Shown piece by piece: positions 8,338-18,066 of a stretch of DNA of 64,000 nucleotides (positions within the stretch are counted from its first letter, which is position 1; every line of letters begins with the position of its first letter). Under the pieces are notes generated by a model. It had not been told where the DNA came from and ran no database searches. It was given only the letters and a program-made list of their open reading frames with translations. Both the position numbers and the translations under genes were made by a program. The DNA is from a bacterium (GTDB lineage: Bacteria; Zhuqueibacterota; Zhuqueibacteria; Residuimicrobiales; Krinioviventaceae): NCBI GenBank assembly GCA_963674595.2, contig CAXXFV010000027.1, positions 288,001 to 352,000 of the forward strand, given 5' to 3'.

Positions 8338-10881
8338 ATGAGACTTCAGGCAACATTTGGGTCAGGCAGCTTGATATTTATTTTTTGTTTTCTATTTTTG
8401 GTAAATTTTGTGCCCGCTGCACATGCACAGGGAAATATTGTGCATTTTCCTGTCAATTCAGCCATACAGGGTGAAGATATTTTCATAGAAGCAAAGGTTG
8501 AAGGTACATCAGCACGTGTATTATTTATCAAAGTTTATTACAAACTCTCTGAAGAAGAGTCCTTCCGTGAAGCGGACCTCACACCGGATATTAATCGCTG
8601 GGTTGGTGCTATTCCCGGTAGCCATGTTCAGGGAGAAAGGATGTTTTATTTTATTTCAGCCTTACTGGATAATCAGAGTATTATAACATATCCTGCTTAT
8701 AATCCATATAATGAACCGGTTGAAATAATATTAACGCCTCCTGCCGTAACAGAACGAGATACAACAAAAACACAAGAACAGTTTGATCTTTTTGTGCCGG
8801 ATGATTCGATAGATACCTTTGTACCGGAATCAACCGTACCATCATCAAAAGAGACATCTTCCCAATCACCTATTTTTGTGATATCACCGGAAAAGAATGA
8901 GAACCTTGTTTCGGAAGAGGTTTATTTTGCAGCTTCGTTTGAAGGCACTTCGATACAAGTTGATTCAAGCACGGTTCAAATCTTTTTGGACGGACGAAAT
9001 GTAACGCCACGTTCAGAAATTTCCCAATTTATGGCGACTTTTGAACCGGCGAAACTTCCTCCAGGTCCTCACTGGTTTAAAATTGTCGCTAAAGATCAAA
9101 ATGGAAAAATATTACCACCTAATATTATTAATTTTAAAGTAATCGGCGAGCAAAAAGATAAAGTCGTTTCTGAATTCAGAGGGCATGTATTTACAGATTT
9201 CCGTCAGGAAAATATAAGTGATAACAACGAATCCCTGACAATGGCAGGCGGAGACATTACCGGTCGATATGGTGCATTGCAATATGATGCCGGTGTCTTT
9301 TTAACCTCCCTGGAAGATAAAAAATATCAACCAAGAAACAGATTTCATTTTTCCTTAAATACAAAAATTCTGGGAATGACGGCAGGTGATGTATACCCGC
9401 GATATAATGATCTCATACTTTACGGCAAACGGGTACGAGGATTTTCCGGTTATCTTAAATTGGGATTTTTTAATTTGGAAACAACCATCGGTGCCACGAA
9501 CCGGTCTGTTTCCAGCAGTTATGTTCCGGCAACGGATTCTACATCCATGGCTATAACAAAATACGGCACGTTTCAGCAGAATTTGTTTGCCATCCGCCCC
9601 AGTTTTGGCAGCGGTCGAAATTTTCAACTGGGTTTTAGTCTGGTTAAAGTAAAAGATGACACCGGTTCCATAAAATACGGAAGCATGCCGAAAGACAATT
9701 TGGTCCTTGGGCCGGATCTAAAAATTTCATTTGACCGTGGAAGATTTGTATTTTATGCCGACGGCGCTTTTAGTATGCTGACAAATAACATTTATCCCGG
9801 CAGCCTGACTGAAGAAGAAATTGAAGAAGCATTTGATAAAGACGTTGATTTACCGTTTGATCCAAAAGATTTTGAAAAATATCTTATTATTAACGACAGC
9901 ACAGTTCCTCTTGATCCGACAGATAAAACATCCATGGCCTACCATTTAAGATTAAAGTTGAACTATTTTCGCAATCTGTTCCGAATCGGTTACAAATCTA
10001 TTGGTGCAGAATATTCATCACTGGCCAATTATTGGCTGCGGACTGATCTTCGTGGATTTTATTTCTCAGACAGGATGCGTCTGTTTAGAAATAAACTGTA
10101 TTTAACATTAGGTTATGAAGGTTATAAAGACAATTTTTCACAAAATGACAACAATCCCTCAACTGATCTCAAAACAGTAAACTATGCCGTATCCTATTAT
10201 CCCGGTCGCGGGCTCCCCCGAATCAACATCAGTCTGCGTAATTATTACAGGGACAACCAGGTTGATACCTTGAGGGCCGTCCAAAGTTTTGATATTACCG
10301 GAGCACCGGATTCACTTTATTATTATGATTATCGTGAAAAATCCATGAACAAAGACCTTACGTTCCAAATTGGTTATGATATCAATGTGTTTGATGCCGA
10401 CCATTCCATTAACCTGAGTTATATCACTTCTGATAAAAAGGATGACTATAACGCTTCAAGAGATGCCAAACAGGAATTATCCTCCAATATGCACATGTTG
10501 TCTTTGGCGACAAAATATAATATCCCCCTGAAAACGACAATCACTTATGCTTCAAATGACAATAGTTATAGTGGCGGTGTGTCAGACTTTGAGTTCTCAA
10601 TTTTTGGATTGGGAGCAGAGTATCGTCATTTTAATAACAAACTTGTCTCATTCGCTGAAATGCGATTTACAAACGCAACCGGCTCAACAATGGGAAGCAG
10701 TGTCCTGGATTATTCCAGAAATCATTTTCGTATTGGCGGATCCTATTATATCAGCCCGCGTCACTATGTAACGTTGGATGTGAATTTTATTAGTTACAAC
10801 GATAAAACCAGTACCACTACAGCAAGTAACTCTTCATACACAGACCAAATAATTAGATTGCGTTACGAAAAGTTTTTCTAA
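8338..10881 (+). CDS. Outer-membrane beta-barrel protein with two N-terminal Ig-like domains
   Basis: Signal peptide; Ig-like modules (IVHFPV...VYYK...AIPG...YFISA and VQIFLDGRNVT...GPHWFKIVAKD); alternating aromatic strands in the C-terminal part; terminal Phe (LRYEKFF). Confidence 0.7.
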   Translation: MRLQATFGSGSLIFIFCFLFLVNFVPAAHAQGNIVHFPVNSAIQGEDIFIEAKVEGTSARVLFIKVYYKLSEEESFREADLTPDINRWVGAIPGSHVQGERMFYFISALLDNQSIITYPAYNPYNEPVEIILTPPAVTERDTTKTQEQFDLFVPDDSIDTFVPESTVPSSKETSSQSPIFVISPEKNENLVSEEVYFAASFEGTSIQVDSSTVQIFLDGRNVTPRSEISQFMATFEPAKLPPGPHWFKIVAKDQNGKILPPNIINFKVIGEQKDKVVSEFRGHVFTDFRQENISDNNESLTMAGGDITGRYGALQYDAGVFLTSLEDKKYQPRNRFHFSLNTKILGMTAGDVYPRYNDLILYGKRVRGFSGYLKLGFFNLETTIGATNRSVSSSYVPATDSTSMAITKYGTFQQNLFAIRPSFGSGRNFQLGFSLVKVKDDTGSIKYGSMPKDNLVLGPDLKISFDRGRFVFYADGAFSMLTNNIYPGSLTEEEIEEAFDKDVDLPFDPKDFEKYLIINDSTVPLDPTDKTSMAYHLRLKLNYFRNLFRIGYKSIGAEYSSLANYWLRTDLRGFYFSDRMRLFRNKLYLTLGYEGYKDNFSQNDNNPSTDLKTVNYAVSYYPGRGLPRINISLRNYYRDNQVDTLRAVQSFDITGAPDSLYYYDYREKSMNKDLTFQIGYDINVFDADHSINLSYITSDKKDDYNASRDAKQELSSNMHMLSLATKYNIPLKTTITYASNDNSYSGGVSDFEFSIFGLGAEYRHFNNKLVSFAEMRFTNATGSTMGSSVLDYSRNHFRIGGSYYISPRHYVTLDVNFISYNDKTSTTTASNSSYTDQIIRLRYEKFF

Positions 10882-10952
10882 AACCTTAAAAAAACCAGAA
10901 CGAGCATCACTTTTAATTTCGGGTGTCGGGCAAAAGCAGGGCTTGAGCGTTT

Positions 10953-13100
10953 ATGATCAATTTTAAAAACATTCTAAATTCAAAATCCTCTATATTAATT
11001 TTTATCACATTTTTTTCAATAATATTTGCCTATTTGTTCTCTGCTTTACCCATTATAGAAGATCTGAATTTAAAATCAATTGACGTATTATTTCGATTCA
11101 GAGGGCCTATTTCTCCTCCTGATACATCCATTGTAATCGTCGGTATTGATGACCAGACACTGGCAAGTCTTCCCAATAAATACCCCTACCCTACCAGTTA
11201 TTATGCAAAACTGGTAAATAATTTAATGGAAGCCGGGGCAAAGCTTATTGTTTTTGACATCGAGTTTAGTGAATCCAGTCAAAATCCAGCACTGACTGAA
11301 ACAGATGAAAATTCAGAAATTAACAGTGATTTGTATTTTGCCAAAGCGGTGACGGATGCTCAAAATGTTGTTCTTGCCACCAAAGTTGTCTTTGATTATG
11401 GAAGTCACGGAACTGAGAATTTCTATATCCTCCCCCTTTTGGCGCCATTGATGCGCAGTCCTGCTACACGTGGGCTTGTAAATGTTTTTGAAGATTCCGA
11501 CGGCTTCCTGCGCCGGTATATGTTGTTCCAACAGATTCAAAATAATTTCTATTACCCGCTTGCTATTGAGGCTTATAAAAAGCTGGAAAAAATTGAAATT
11601 GATCCTGATCAGGATTTGGCGGCAGACACGTTTATTCTGGGCTCTTTAAGAATTCCCAAAAAGACATTTAATTCCACCTATATCAACTTTAGAGGACCTG
11701 CGGAAACCTTTAACACCTATTCAATGGCAAGTGTTATTGACGATGAAAAATTTGATTTGATGGGTGATGAAGATACAGATATATTTGAAATGCATAAAGA
11801 ATGGGGAACATTTAAAGACAAAATCGTATTTGTCGGCGCCACTGCCGAAGAAATGCAGGATAACAAACTGACGCCTTTTTATGAGTATGAAGGCCGAAAA
11901 CAAAAAATGCCCGGTGTTGAAATGCATGCCAATGCATTAAGCATGCTTTTACGTGGTGATTTTATTAAAGAACTGAATTCCTGGCTGATTTTTATATTTG
12001 TCGTTTTAATTACGTTTTTGGCAACGTTCATTACCCTATATTCGCGACCCGTCAAAGCATTTCTTTTAATAATAATAATTTTACTGGTTACAATCGCATG
12101 CTTTGCCCTGGTATTTACAAAAATACATCAAATAGCTTTTGTTTCAAAACCTATAATTTCCTTATTTTTAACGTTTTTATCATCGTTAACTTTTAAGGCC
12201 ATTACAGAACAACGGGAGAAACGCCGAATTAAACAAGTTTTTAAACAATATGTTGCCCAAAATGTTGTTGAAAAAATGCTAAGCAGCGGCCAACTCCCTG
12301 AATTTGGCGGAGAACGAAAAACAATAACCATCCTGTTTTCAGACATTCGACGATTTACAACATTTTCAGAATCGCACGATCCGGAAACCGTAGTTTCACG
12401 GTTATCCGAATATTTAACGGAAATGGTCAAAGTGCTGTTTAAATACGACGGTACCCTGGATAAATTTGTCGGTGACGAAATTATGGCCCTTTTTGGTGCG
12501 CCCTATTATTACACAGACCATGCAGAAAGGGCTTGCTATGCTGCCCTGGAAATGGTGGAACAATTGCGACAAATTCAAAAACGCTGGTCCGACAGCAAAC
12601 ATGATATTTTCCATATCGGTATCGGTATTAACACCGGCAAAGTCATCGTAGGGAATTTGGGTTCAAACCAGTTGTTTGATTATACGGCCATCGGAGACGA
12701 AGTGAACCTGGGCGCTCGTTTGGAAGGTACGAATAAAGAATATCAAACCACCATTATTTTAAGCGAAAGTACCTATGATCTTGTTAAAGATAAAGCCAAA
12801 GTCAGAGAACTGGATTTTGTCCGTGTAATGGGTAAAACAAAACCCATACGAATTTATGAATTACGCGGTATGAGTGATTTGTCGCAAATTGAGCAGGATT
12901 ATATTATTGATATATTTAACGAAGGACTACAGTTTTATCGCGACAGGTGCTGGTCCGATGCATTAAAATCATTTCGACGCGTGTTGCGATATTTCCCTTC
13001 AGACGGCCCATCGCGAGTGTACACCATCCGTTGTCTGGATTATATTGAAAATCCACCTCCACCGGACTGGGACGGCGTTTATGAATTTAAAAAGAAATAA
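10953..13100 (+). CDS. CHASE2-domain class III adenylate cyclase (membrane-bound)
   Basis: CHASE2 motifs IVIVGIDD, DSDGFLRR, PGVEMHANA; three TM helices; cyclase motifs LFSDIRRFT, DKFVGDEIM, YTAIGDEVNLGARLE (Lys and Thr at the ATP-specifying positions); WDGV tail. Confidence 0.92.
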   Translation: MINFKNILNSKSSILIFITFFSIIFAYLFSALPIIEDLNLKSIDVLFRFRGPISPPDTSIVIVGIDDQTLASLPNKYPYPTSYYAKLVNNLMEAGAKLIVFDIEFSESSQNPALTETDENSEINSDLYFAKAVTDAQNVVLATKVVFDYGSHGTENFYILPLLAPLMRSPATRGLVNVFEDSDGFLRRYMLFQQIQNNFYYPLAIEAYKKLEKIEIDPDQDLAADTFILGSLRIPKKTFNSTYINFRGPAETFNTYSMASVIDDEKFDLMGDEDTDIFEMHKEWGTFKDKIVFVGATAEEMQDNKLTPFYEYEGRKQKMPGVEMHANALSMLLRGDFIKELNSWLIFIFVVLITFLATFITLYSRPVKAFLLIIIILLVTIACFALVFTKIHQIAFVSKPIISLFLTFLSSLTFKAITEQREKRRIKQVFKQYVAQNVVEKMLSSGQLPEFGGERKTITILFSDIRRFTTFSESHDPETVVSRLSEYLTEMVKVLFKYDGTLDKFVGDEIMALFGAPYYYTDHAERACYAALEMVEQLRQIQKRWSDSKHDIFHIGIGINTGKVIVGNLGSNQLFDYTAIGDEVNLGARLEGTNKEYQTTIILSESTYDLVKDKAKVRELDFVRVMGKTKPIRIYELRGMSDLSQIEQDYIIDIFNEGLQFYRDRCWSDALKSFRRVLRYFPSDGPSRVYTIRCLDYIENPPPPDWDGVYEFKKK

Positions 13101-13111
13101 GTGAGGTTAAC

Positions 13112-13291
13112 TTGGAAGAGCAAAATACAAATTCCCCAAAAATCAGTGAATACAAAGGAAAACCTGTTTTAACTCTAAATCCGAATGATCGATATCCGTT
13201 TACGTTCGGATTATCGAAAGCAAGGCTGATCATTGAACACCTTGAAACGATAAAAGCCTTTATAAACCAATATGATCATTCGGCAGAGTAA
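13112..13291 (+). CDS. Small 59-aa protein below the ORF-track cutoff, possibly PC4-like fold
   Basis: GAGG RBS at 13103-13106 and TTG start 11 nt after the cyclase stop. Sequence MEEQNTNSPKISEYKGKPVLTLNPNDRYPFTFGLSKARLIIEHLETIKAFINQYDHSAE fills the gap to the convergent gene. Confidence 0.7.
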   Translation: MEEQNTNSPKISEYKGKPVLTLNPNDRYPFTFGLSKARLIIEHLETIKAFINQYDHSAE

Positions 13292-13299
13292 ATAAGCAA

Positions 13300-14313
13300 C
13301 TATATTTCGCTTAGGTTGACGATACGGTTTTCCGTTAAAGAAACAGTGGCGGCTGTTGCTATTTGAAGAGCAGCAATACCATCATCAATCTGTACCATCG
13401 GTTCTTTATGGTTAACCAAATTATCCAAATAGTTATTCAACTGGTTTACATAAGCATCACCAAATCGTTCCGGGAAATATGGAACGGCATCATGCGTAAT
13501 ACCTTTTTCATTCATAACATAAATCGGGGTTTCGCGTAAATAGCCAATCTTGACTGTACCTTTTGTACCCAAAACCTCTGCGCGGATATCGTAGCCGTAA
13601 ATCCCATTTCTACTAATATCGATCTCACCGAGATTACCGTTTTCAAAAGTTAAAACGATAATGGCGTTATCCGTGTCGTTAACTTCTTTAACTTCAGGAT
13701 AAGCAAGAACACCGCCAACGGCATATACGGATTTTACTTCACCCATGTACCATCTGGCAACATCAATATCGTGAATGGCCATATCAATAATCTGCCCGCC
13801 ACTATTAACAGGCTTTAAATACTCTAAACTCGGACGGTATGGATCACGGGAAGAACCGCGGAACATACAGGTATCGCCGATTGTGCCATCAACAATTTTT
13901 TTCTTGCCGGCGGCAAAACCTTTGTCAAAGCGTCTCTGAAAACCCATTTGAAAAAATACACCAGTCTTATCTACCACAGACTTTACTTCACGTGCTTCTT
14001 CCAGTTTTAATGTCATTGGTTTTTCGCAAAAAACAGACTTTTTTGCGTCAGCCGCATCAATCATAATTTCTTTATGATTAATGGTTGTTGCGGTAATGAT
14101 AACAGCTTCAACATTCGGATCATTATTTAAATCATGATGATTATCATACCATGTTGGCACATCATATTCTTCTGCAATTTTTTTTGCGCGTTCCGGAATT
14201 AAATCTGCAACGGCAACCAGATTTGCATGTGGAACGCGATAGGAAATAAACTCTGCATACATACTTCCCAAACGTCCGTTTCCAATTAAACCGACATTGA
14301 TTTTCTTTTTCAT
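13300..14313 (-). CDS. iolG: Inositol 2-dehydrogenase-like Gfo/Idh/MocA oxidoreductase
   Basis: GLIGNGRLG, VFCEKP, GFQRRFD, SRDP, DMAIHDID, YGYDIRAEVLG. Confidence 0.75.
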   Translation of the reverse strand: MKKKINVGLIGNGRLGSMYAEFISYRVPHANLVAVADLIPERAKKIAEEYDVPTWYDNHHDLNNDPNVEAVIITATTINHKEIMIDAADAKKSVFCEKPMTLKLEEAREVKSVVDKTGVFFQMGFQRRFDKGFAAGKKKIVDGTIGDTCMFRGSSRDPYRPSLEYLKPVNSGGQIIDMAIHDIDVARWYMGEVKSVYAVGGVLAYPEVKEVNDTDNAIIVLTFENGNLGEIDISRNGIYGYDIRAEVLGTKGTVKIGYLRETPIYVMNEKGITHDAVPYFPERFGDAYVNQLNNYLDNLVNHKEPMVQIDDGIAALQIATAATVSLTENRIVNLSEI

Positions 14314-14342
14314 CTCTACTCCTTTTACTTATTGTTTATATA

Positions 14343-14957
14343 TTACTTAATATTAATACGCAATTCTTTCAACCGGTTTGTTACCTGTGTTGAATTTTCG
14401 AAAAATATACCGGTAATTCCCACATTATTTGCCGTATCAACATTTTCTTTTCTGTCATCTATAAACACTGATTCTTCAGGTGTTACATTCATTTCTTCAA
14501 GTGCTATTTCGTAAATCCTCCTGTTTGGTTTAATAACATGATGGTAACATGATATAATAATATGATCAAATATATTATCAAAGCCATATTTTTGCCGACG
14601 ATGATTGGACATTTCCACGGAATCGTTTGAAAGAATGGCAATTTTGTAGCCGCTTTCCTTCAACTTGTTAACAATATCCAGTCCCCCATCTACTTTTTTC
14701 ATATAGGGTTCCAAATCGATATCATCATCATCCGCTGTAATATCAACTGTTTTTAATAATAATTTCCAAAAGTCAGGATCACTTAATTCACCGGCATCCG
14801 CTTTTGGCCGAAGATTTTTTTTGGCCTCAAATAACAGTGATTCCTCTACCGAATATTTTGCGGCCAAATCTTTAATTTTCCAATCGATAAAATCTATAAG
14901 CAAAACACCACCGACATCAAAAAATATAGTTGTAATTTCTCTCGTATTTCCTTTCAT
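14343..14957 (-). CDS. HAD-superfamily phosphatase (subfamily IA)
   Basis: FFDVGGVL, ILSN, KP..IY and FIDD motifs. Confidence 0.88.
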   Translation of the reverse strand: MKGNTREITTIFFDVGGVLLIDFIDWKIKDLAAKYSVEESLLFEAKKNLRPKADAGELSDPDFWKLLLKTVDITADDDDIDLEPYMKKVDGGLDIVNKLKESGYKIAILSNDSVEMSNHRRQKYGFDNIFDHIIISCYHHVIKPNRRIYEIALEEMNVTPEESVFIDDRKENVDTANNVGITGIFFENSTQVTNRLKELRINIK

Positions 14958-14978
14958 TCACAGGCTCCGTTCCAATTT

Positions 14979-16301
14979 TTAATAACTTGTCTTTGTAGAT
15001 TTTTTCAAAACTAGTGGTAATAATATAATAAATGCAAGGAGTGCACTTGCTACCCAAAACATAAATGTATCATTCCATCCCCAATGGTCGCTGATATAAC
15101 CGCTAAAAATAGATGTTAAAAACGTTCCCAAATAACTCATGGCACCGGTCAGTCCTACGGCAGAAGCAACCGCTCTTCGTGGTACGAGTGCCAGGGGTCC
15201 CAGCCCCGTCGTTACCATTTGCGCCCCGTAAATAAAAAATCCGGCAACACCAAAAGCAACGCCATCCCAAATTCCGGCGTTTTTCGGTAAAAAATAAATA
15301 AAAATTATAGCACCAACCATACCAATTATATAAATCAACGCAACGGCCAGGTTTTTCCTGGGAAAAAATTTGTCAGCAATAAAGCCGGCCAGTATCGTTC
15401 CGGGAATACCCATCAATTCCAGAAAACTGGATTTAATCCCTCCGGAAGTAATGGAGATGTGTTTTACTTCGGTTAAATAGGTAACACCCCAGTCACCAAG
15501 GCCGTATCGAACCATATAAATAAGCATACATGAAAACGCCAGCAACCAAATTCTGGGGTTTTTTAGAACATAGTTTCGGAATAATTCATTGGCCGATTCA
15601 TTCGTATCCATAACAGTTTCTTTAACAACATCACCGTGATATACCTGGATCGGTGGTAAACCAACTGTTTCCGGTCGGTCCTGCATTTTCCAGGCAACAT
15701 ATAATGCACCTAATACACAAAATCCGGCCGGCAGGAAAAATCCGAAACGCCATCCCATTCTTTCAACAATAAATCCACCAAGGAACAAAATGGTAAAGGA
15801 ACCGATATTATGGCAGGTATTCCAAATGCTGTAATATCGTCCTCTTTCTTTTGAACTGAACCAGTTTGCCATGGTTTTGGGGCCTATAGGACTTCCCATG
15901 GATTGAAAATATCCGTTCATTATCCAAAATATACCAAAAAACAGAATGCTTGAACTCAGTCCGAAAAAGATAGATACGATTGAAGCGCCCAAAAGGCCAA
16001 AGGCCATAAAATATCTTGGATTAGATCGATCACATAGCGGTCCGTTTATCAATTTCGCCAACGCATAGGTTGCACTAAACAACGATAAAACAACACCCAT
16101 TTGTGTTTTGCTCAGGTTTAACGAATCCATCATTGCCGGTAAAGCAATAGATAAATTTTTCCGAATCAGATAGAAAAAAGCATATCCCAAATAAACGGAT
16201 ATAAAAACCTGAATTCTAAATTTTCGATAACTAGAGGCAACCTGCTCTTCCGGCAACGGTTCAGCAGCCGGTGCCGTTTTGATGTAATCCAAGAGTCGCA
16301 T
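14979..16301 (-). CDS. MFS organophosphate:Pi antiporter family transporter (GlpT/UhpT/UhpC-like)
   Basis: GYAFFYLIRKN, DRSNPRYF, NGYFQSMG, ERG..SIWNTCHNIG, DRPETVGLP; about 12 TM segments. Confidence 0.9.
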   Translation of the reverse strand: MRLLDYIKTAPAAEPLPEEQVASSYRKFRIQVFISVYLGYAFFYLIRKNLSIALPAMMDSLNLSKTQMGVVLSLFSATYALAKLINGPLCDRSNPRYFMAFGLLGASIVSIFFGLSSSILFFGIFWIMNGYFQSMGSPIGPKTMANWFSSKERGRYYSIWNTCHNIGSFTILFLGGFIVERMGWRFGFFLPAGFCVLGALYVAWKMQDRPETVGLPPIQVYHGDVVKETVMDTNESANELFRNYVLKNPRIWLLAFSCMLIYMVRYGLGDWGVTYLTEVKHISITSGGIKSSFLELMGIPGTILAGFIADKFFPRKNLAVALIYIIGMVGAIIFIYFLPKNAGIWDGVAFGVAGFFIYGAQMVTTGLGPLALVPRRAVASAVGLTGAMSYLGTFLTSIFSGYISDHWGWNDTFMFWVASALLAFIILLPLVLKKSTKTSY

Positions 16302-16389
16302 TAAAATAACACCTTCCTTTTTAAATTAACCAAAAGCAGAGATTTTTTTGGTTTTTAATATACAAAATGATTTGTATGCTGATATCTTT

Positions 16390-17337
16390 TTACTCTTTTA
16401 AAAACTGATCAACATTATCTTTAGTAATCAAATCAACACCTGTATCATAAATCTCTTTTTCGGGCATTTTTTTGTTTACAGCTATATCATAAAGAATTTG
16501 AACACACATTTGACCCATATTATAAGATCGCTGGCCTATAACAACATTTACCAATCCATCGTCAACCAGCATCAATTGTTCTTTAATCGTATCAAACGCC
16601 AAAATTTTAATATCTGTTCGTTGATTTAAAGCATTTAATAAAGCGCCCTTTGGAGAGACAGTCGGCCAGGAACCCGGTACAAACCAGGCATTCAGAGAAG
16701 GTGTAGACCGGGTATAATCTTCCATCAGCATTAACGCCTTTTCCGTGTCTTCATCACATGATAACAGCTTGAGCTCTTTTAATTTACTGTTGCTTTCTGC
16801 TAGCTCATCTCTGAATCCGCGAATGCGGTCGTTTAAATTAAGGGCACCAAGTGCACCTGTTATGATTGCATAATTTCCCTGGTCATCCAAAAGTTTTATC
16901 ATTTCCTTACCGGCAATTCGGCCGGCCTCATAATTTTCAGTACCGACATAGGCGATACGCTTACTTTGAGGGGCATCAGAATCAAATGTTAAAACAGGAA
17001 TACCGACATCTATTGCCTTATTTATGACAGAGGCGACACCATCCGGGTCATTCGGAGAAATAGCGATACCGTCGACACGTCGTGCGATGAGTGATTCCAT
17101 AATATTTACCTGGGCCGTTACATCAGCCGCCTGAAGAGGTCCGATGAGATCAGTCTTGACACCCAATTCTTCTCCGGCTTTTTTCATACCGGCTTCGGCC
17201 TGAAACCAATATGGATTGGTTAATGACTTTGGTACAAGTACAAAATAAAGCGTGTCTTTACCTTTATTGCATCCGCTAATGATCAACAAGAAAGATATAC
17301 AAATGAAAACAAAAGTAATAAAAAAACGTTTTCTCAT
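16390..17337 (-). CDS. Sugar ABC transporter substrate-binding lipoprotein (RbsB/Peripla_BP_4-like)
   Basis: Lipobox ISGC; PKSLTNPYW, VDGIAISP, GIPVLTFDSD, YVGTEN. Confidence 0.88.
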   Translation of the reverse strand: MRKRFFITFVFICISFLLIISGCNKGKDTLYFVLVPKSLTNPYWFQAEAGMKKAGEELGVKTDLIGPLQAADVTAQVNIMESLIARRVDGIAISPNDPDGVASVINKAIDVGIPVLTFDSDAPQSKRIAYVGTENYEAGRIAGKEMIKLLDDQGNYAIITGALGALNLNDRIRGFRDELAESNSKLKELKLLSCDEDTEKALMLMEDYTRSTPSLNAWFVPGSWPTVSPKGALLNALNQRTDIKILAFDTIKEQLMLVDDGLVNVVIGQRSYNMGQMCVQILYDIAVNKKMPEKEIYDTGVDLITKDNVDQFLKE

Positions 17338-17973
17338 TAGGAATCTCCTATCATCATTAAATCTATTAAATATTCCTGGTTTAAATAGTATTTACAGAAC
17401 AATATAAATTTAAAAAATCAAAAAGAAAAGCATCTCGTGATGTTTTTAATATTTAAAATAGGGGTATAAGGGAATAGTCGGATTAATGCTATAAAGGATG
17501 CAACTATTTTATTTACTGTTTTTTATAGATTAAACAGGTCAAACAATTTAAAAAAGGCATTTTAATTGATCAATTGTACTATTGAATATACAAATAAAAT
17601 AAATTAAATATAAAGTTGTTTTTTTAATTGTAATATTTATAGCTAAAATCTTTATAAAAAAATTCATCCAACCATTTATTTTTTATTCATTAAAGAAAAC
17701 TACTCGTTTAATAAAAAAAATTAATAACTAATATAATTGGAAAAAAATTAGAGTGTTCAGGCAATCAGTCGTATAATATATTTATTATTGTCCGCTTGAG
17801 AAAGATTGATGAATTTTTGAATATTAATGACCAGCCGTTTTGAAAAAAACAATATTCCTCCTGCAAATGTGAATTTCACGATATTGCCTGATATATATGT
17901 ATCCGTCCCCCCTTTCTTTCTCATCACCTTAGTTGTTAAATTTCAACATGAACAAAAAAAAATTAAAAAAATA

Positions 17974-18030
17974 TTGAAATTTTGAAACAAATACTTTAAA
18001 TTGTCGTAAAGTTAATGACTCACGGTCATT
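17974..18030 (+). promoter_or_regulatory. Sigma70 promoter and TetR-type operator of RND operon 1
   Basis: TTGAAA (17974-17979), N17, TAAATT (17997-18002); palindrome AATGAC-N5-GTCATT at 18014-18030. Confidence 0.6.
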
Positions 18031-18066
18031 TTATTAACATTCGAATATTATATAAACGAGAGTAAA

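Noticed and set aside
10882-10952. GC-richer spacer before the cyclase (GGGCAAAAGC) as a c-di-GMP-I riboswitch
   Set aside because: Too short, and lacks the GNRA-tetraloop/receptor two-stem pattern.
17765-17793. dif-like sequence cagtcgtataa-tatatt-tattattgtcc
   Set aside because: The left arm resembles an XerC site, but the XerD arm does not match TTATGTTAAAT at 6-bp spacing.
17338-17973. Long AT-rich intergenic region as a possible ncRNA, riboswitch or origin
   Set aside because: No recognisable riboswitch core, DnaA-box cluster or stable GC-rich structure; consistent with divergent promoters.
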